The position numbers were made by a program, and so were the translations under genes. Source: Actinomycetota bacterium (GTDB taxonomy: Bacteria > Actinomycetota > Actinomycetes > Actinomycetales > Microbacteriaceae). Taken from it: 52,047 nucleotides of DNA. Positions 49,108 through 52,047 of the stretch are shown here, in pieces; the stretch's first letter is position 1, and each line of letters opens with the position of its first letter. A model generated the notes under the pieces. It saw nothing but the letters and a program-made list of their open reading frames with translations. It did not search any database and was not told the origin of the DNA. The stretch covers positions 1 to 52,047 of the forward strand of contig CANGKD010000001.1 in NCBI GenBank assembly GCA_947454495.1. The letters are read 5' to 3'.

Positions 49108-49601
49108 TACGCAGCCCCGTTCGCCATCGCCGCAGCCTTGTCAACGCGAGAAGCAAAAAACGTGAGGCGGTATTTGCCGACCTGAACTTCGTCACCGTCA
49201 ACCAATGCGTGCTTCTCAACGATGTCGCCATTGACGTACGTTCCGTTCAATGAGCCCATGTCCACAACCGTGAAAAGTGAGCCCGAACGGGAAAAGCTGG
49301 CGTGCTTTCGAGACACGGTGACGTCGTCGAGAAAGATGTCCGCGTCGGTGTTTCGTCCGGCGACTGATACGTCTTGATCGAGCAGGAACCGAGATCCCGC
49401 ACTGGGGCCACGACGCACAATCAACAGAGCCGAGCCAGACGGCAATGCGGCAATCGAATCAACCTCTTCTGCAGTAAGGTCTCCAGAGTCGACAGAGTGG
49501 AGTTGATTGAGAAATGCCGCACCGAAATTGGCAGTCGTCGATGACGAACCCGATTCGGCAGCGGTGCGATTCTCAGTCTCTTCCGAGTGCGACTCACTCA
49601 A
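49107..49601 (-). CDS. garA: FHA-domain regulator GarA/OdhI
   Basis: The FHA core is near-identical in pattern to GarA (LPSGSALLIVRRGPSAGSRFLLDQ...DIFLDDVTVSRKHA...GSLNGTYVN). The N-terminal STTANFGAAFL corresponds to the ETTSVFRADFL phospho-threonine motif. TTG 49601 follows GGGGAGGGG at 5 nt (the ORF opens at GTG 49631). Confidence 0.88.
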   Translation of the reverse strand: MSESHSEETENRTAAESGSSSTTANFGAAFLNQLHSVDSGDLTAEEVDSIAALPSGSALLIVRRGPSAGSRFLLDQDVSVAGRNTDADIFLDDVTVSRKHASFSRSGSLFTVVDMGSLNGTYVNGDIVEKHALVDGDEVQVGKYRLTFFASRVDKAAAMANGAA

Positions 49602-49680
49602 GATTTCCCCTCCCCAACTGCTCTCAATCACACTAGCTCAACTGTGAACGACCTAAAATACTTGCACGTCTTAAAGGAGA

Positions 49681-50508
49681 ATGATGAACCCCTTTGTTGT
49701 GTCCCTGTGGGTACTTGCCGCCATCTGTGCGGGCACCTGGATCATGTCTGTCATCACGCGCGAATACTCGTGGGTTGACCGAATCTGGTCGATTTTCCCC
49801 TTTGTCTACGTATGGATTTTTGCGGGAGCCGGGGGCTTGTCCGACCCACGACTCAACCTCATGGCAATCTTGGCGACGGTCTGGGGCGCTCGGCTGACGT
49901 TCAACTTCACGCGCAAGGGCGGCTATGCGCCGGGCGGAGAGGACTATCGCTGGCCGATTCTGCGCGAACGCATGTCCCCCGTGCAATTCCAGTTGTTCAA
50001 CATCTTCTTCATCGTCATCGTTCAAAATGTCATCTTGTGGCTCATCGCCATGCCTGCTTACACGGCATGGCTGAACCCATCGCCACTCGGGGTCGGTGAC
50101 GTGATTGTTGCACTCGCGTTCTTGTTCTTCCTGACTCTTGAGACCGTTGCTGACCAGCAGCAGTGGAACTTCCACAAGTGGAAGTCCGCCGAGCGCGCTG
50201 CGGGACGCGAACCCCGTCCCGGCTTCCTCACCACGGGACTGTTCAAGTACTCGCGCCACCCCAATTTCTTCAGCGAGCAGTCGCAGTGGTGGGTCTTCTT
50301 CCTCTTCGGCGCCGTCGCCGCGGGTTCACTTCTGCAGTGGACCGTCGTGGGCGCCTTCCTGCTGACCGCGCTCTTCATCGGATCAACGCGATTCACCGAA
50401 GAGATTTCCGCAGCGAAGTACCCCGACTATGCCGAGTACCAGCACACGACGAGTGCGCTCATCCCGTGGGTCCCTCGTCGTTCGGCCGAAGCTTCAGCCA
50501 AGGCCTAA
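49681..50508 (+). CDS. DUF1295 (steroid 5-alpha-reductase/ICMT-like) membrane protein
   Basis: Multi-TM protein with the YSRHPNFFSEQSQWW motif. The second ATG (49684) is equally possible. Confidence 0.85.
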   Translation: MMNPFVVSLWVLAAICAGTWIMSVITREYSWVDRIWSIFPFVYVWIFAGAGGLSDPRLNLMAILATVWGARLTFNFTRKGGYAPGGEDYRWPILRERMSPVQFQLFNIFFIVIVQNVILWLIAMPAYTAWLNPSPLGVGDVIVALAFLFFLTLETVADQQQWNFHKWKSAERAAGREPRPGFLTTGLFKYSRHPNFFSEQSQWWVFFLFGAVAAGSLLQWTVVGAFLLTALFIGSTRFTEEISAAKYPDYAEYQHTTSALIPWVPRRSAEASAKA

Positions 50509-51448
50509 TACTCGAGCCGGGTGCCGACAGATAGGCAATTCCGCAGAGCACCATCGCGAAGCCAACCCACCCCGTGGGAGCGATGACCTCGCCAATAAAA
50601 ACGACCGCGAGGATGACGGCGACAACTGGCTCCATGAGGGAGTAGACGCCGGCAACTGACGCTCGCAAACGGCCCAGGGAGAAGGCCAACAGCGAGTGCC
50701 CAACTGCGGTCGGAAACACGGCGAGGTAGAGCAACACGGGTACGACAAATGCGTGGGATGTGATGGTGGGAGCCATGACGATGAGCACGCCAAGCAATGG
50801 CACTGCCGAGACCAACTGCATGGCAGAGATCGTGCCGCGAAAGTTGAGCGCCTCGATACCCTCTCGCCGAGTCATGAGTCGGTTAGCCATAAATGTGTAG
50901 AGCGCGTAGGCGAACCCTGCGACGAGTGCCATGAGGATTCCGAGTGGCACGAGTTGCGCGTCGTGCGCGAGCGACTCCGTTCCAAGGTCACGACCGGTCG
51001 CGAGCATCCACCCGCCCACAATCACGATGCCGGTCGCTACTAGCCAGCGCGGTGAAACGGGTCGACGGTCGACGATCCATTCGATGATTCCGGCGAACAC
51101 GGGCGCCGAACCCAAGGCCAAGACATTGCCGAGTGCCACGCCCGCCCACGACATCCCCGCGTAAAACACGAGCGTGTAGGTCATGATCGACAGTCCACCG
51201 ACGATGACGGCCGGCCACGCCCGACGAGTGGCGACGACACTCCACGTTTTTTTCGGGGCGGTCAGCGCCATGAGGAGACCGCCGAGACCCATCGTCGAGG
51301 CGCCAATCACAAAGGCGGGAACGACACTAATTGTTGAGGCGGCGAGTCCTGTGGTGCCCCAGAAAATGCTGGCGAAGAGGATGGCCGCGATTGCCGGACC
51401 GCGTCGAGGTTCGACGCCCGGGTCTGCGGTGGTGCCGGGTTTAGTCAT
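50459..51448 (-). CDS. EamA/DMT-family transporter
   Basis: About 10 TM segments in two EamA repeats. ATG 51448 was chosen because the longer ORF runs into rlmN. Its 3' end overlaps DUF1295 by 50 nt. Confidence 0.85.
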   Translation of the reverse strand: MTKPGTTADPGVEPRRGPAIAAILFASIFWGTTGLAASTISVVPAFVIGASTMGLGGLLMALTAPKKTWSVVATRRAWPAVIVGGLSIMTYTLVFYAGMSWAGVALGNVLALGSAPVFAGIIEWIVDRRPVSPRWLVATGIVIVGGWMLATGRDLGTESLAHDAQLVPLGILMALVAGFAYALYTFMANRLMTRREGIEALNFRGTISAMQLVSAVPLLGVLIVMAPTITSHAFVVPVLLYLAVFPTAVGHSLLAFSLGRLRASVAGVYSLMEPVVAVILAVVFIGEVIAPTGWVGFAMVLCGIAYLSAPGSSIRPWLKLRPNDEGPTG

Positions 51449-52047
51449 CGGCAGCCGCCAGTTGGCCGCACGCCCCATCAATGTCTTTGCCCCGCGTATC
51501 GCGCAAGGTTGTCGGAATGCCGGCAGCTTCGAGTCGAGCAATGAACTCGAGCGTCACATCGCGTTCCGACGCGGTCCAGACCGATCCGGGCGTGGGGTTC
51601 AACGGGATGGGGTTCACGTGTACCCACCCACGCCCGCGGTCATTGAGCTTCTTGCCCAACAACTCGGCCCGCCACGCATGGTCGTTCATGTTCTTGATGA
51701 GCGCGTATTCGATGGAGACGCGACGGCCGGTCTTTTCGAAATAGGCGCGTGCCGCATCCAGCACCTCGTCGACTTTCCACCGCGAGTTCACGGGAATGAG
51801 CTCGTCACGAAGTTCATCGTCGGGAGCGTGGAGCGAGAGGGCAAACGTGAGCGGCAGACCCTCGTCGGCAAGCTTGTGGATGCTGGGCGCGAGACCGACG
51901 GACGACACCGTGATGTTGCGGGCCGACATGCCGAGACCATTCGGCTGCGGTTCAACAAGCACACGAATGGCGTGCATCATGCGGGCGTAGTTGGCCAGTG
52001 GCTCCCCCATGCCCATGAACACGATGTTGCTCACACGTTCCAGAGAG
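51441..52047 (-). CDS. rlmN: 23S rRNA/tRNA (adenine-C2)-methyltransferase RlmN, 3' part (partial, runs off the right edge)
   Basis: [51 protein letters not shown]. The frame is open to the window end. Confidence 0.92.
   Translation of the reverse strand, partial: SLERVSNIVFMGMGEPLANYARMMHAIRVLVEPQPNGLGMSARNITVSSVGLAPSIHKLADEGLPLTFALSLHAPDDELRDELIPVNSRWKVDEVLDAARAYFEKTGRRVSIEYALIKNMNDHAWRAELLGKKLNDRGRGWVHVNPIPLNPTPGSVWTASERDVTLEFIARLEAAGIPTTLRDTRGKDIDGACGQLAAADD

Noticed and set aside
1-52047. Whole-window scan for CRISPR repeats, tRNA/rRNA genes, IS elements or terminal inverted repeats, integrases, phage genes, toxin-antitoxin pairs and defence systems.
   Set aside because: None was found. 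Every ORF over 100 aa that is not antisense to a conserved gene has a housekeeping assignment, and the intergenic spacers are too short to hide such elements.

Overview
This 52-kb window is a densely packed core-genome segment of a high-GC Gram-positive bacterium (Actinomycetota). Gene order mirrors the Mycobacterium tuberculosis Rv2139-Rv2206 neighbourhood. Missing accessory genes and an atypical MurE motif make a streamlined Micrococcales/Microbacteriaceae-like organism plausible, but that is inference only. From left to right the window holds: a 3' gene fragment with a strong terminator; a decayed GyrI-like gene; the cytochrome c oxidase operon ctaC-ctaD-ctaF (minus strand); an ErpA-like Fe-S carrier translationally coupled to an M20 dipeptidase; and DUF3043. 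Next comes one uninterrupted ~26-kb co-directional minus-strand array of 23 genes with nine start/stop overlaps: mraZ-rsmH-ftsL-like-ftsI-murE-murF-mraY-murD-ftsW-murG-murC-ftsQ-ftsZ-yggS-sepF-yggT-divIVA-lspA-rluD-dnaE-hisD-nrdR-pyrD. After it come DUF3040; a polyprenyl synthase; the Rv2175c-like regulator / LysM protein / PASTA Ser-Thr kinase locus; class II DAHP synthase; an acyltransferase; an acyl-CoA ligase; def; a MinD/ParA-like ATPase; pyruvate carboxylase; a second orphan ParA; the garA(odhI)-ftsR-merR regulatory cluster; DUF1295; an EamA transporter; and the 3' part of rlmN. I found no rRNA, tRNA, CRISPR array, transposase, integrase, phage or recognisable defence/toxin genes, and no unexplained gap longer than about 280 nt. 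I therefore do not see evidence for a novel multi-gene system here and say so plainly. The points worth a second look are regulatory or evolutionary. (1) A ~25-nt leader element is shared by ftsZ and the Rv1830-like MerR gene. (2) Oppositely oriented arrays of MraZ-type AAAGTGG boxes flank the dcw promoter region. (3) The MurE DNPR motif is replaced by YHPR. (4) A LysM-only secreted protein lies directly upstream of the PASTA kinase, with direct repeats in the shared divergent promoter region. (5) There are signs of gene loss: pgeF, the Rv1829-type nuclease and a GyrI-like remnant. Start codons were chosen by hand from SD spacing and homologue N-termini and may differ by a few codons from other annotations.
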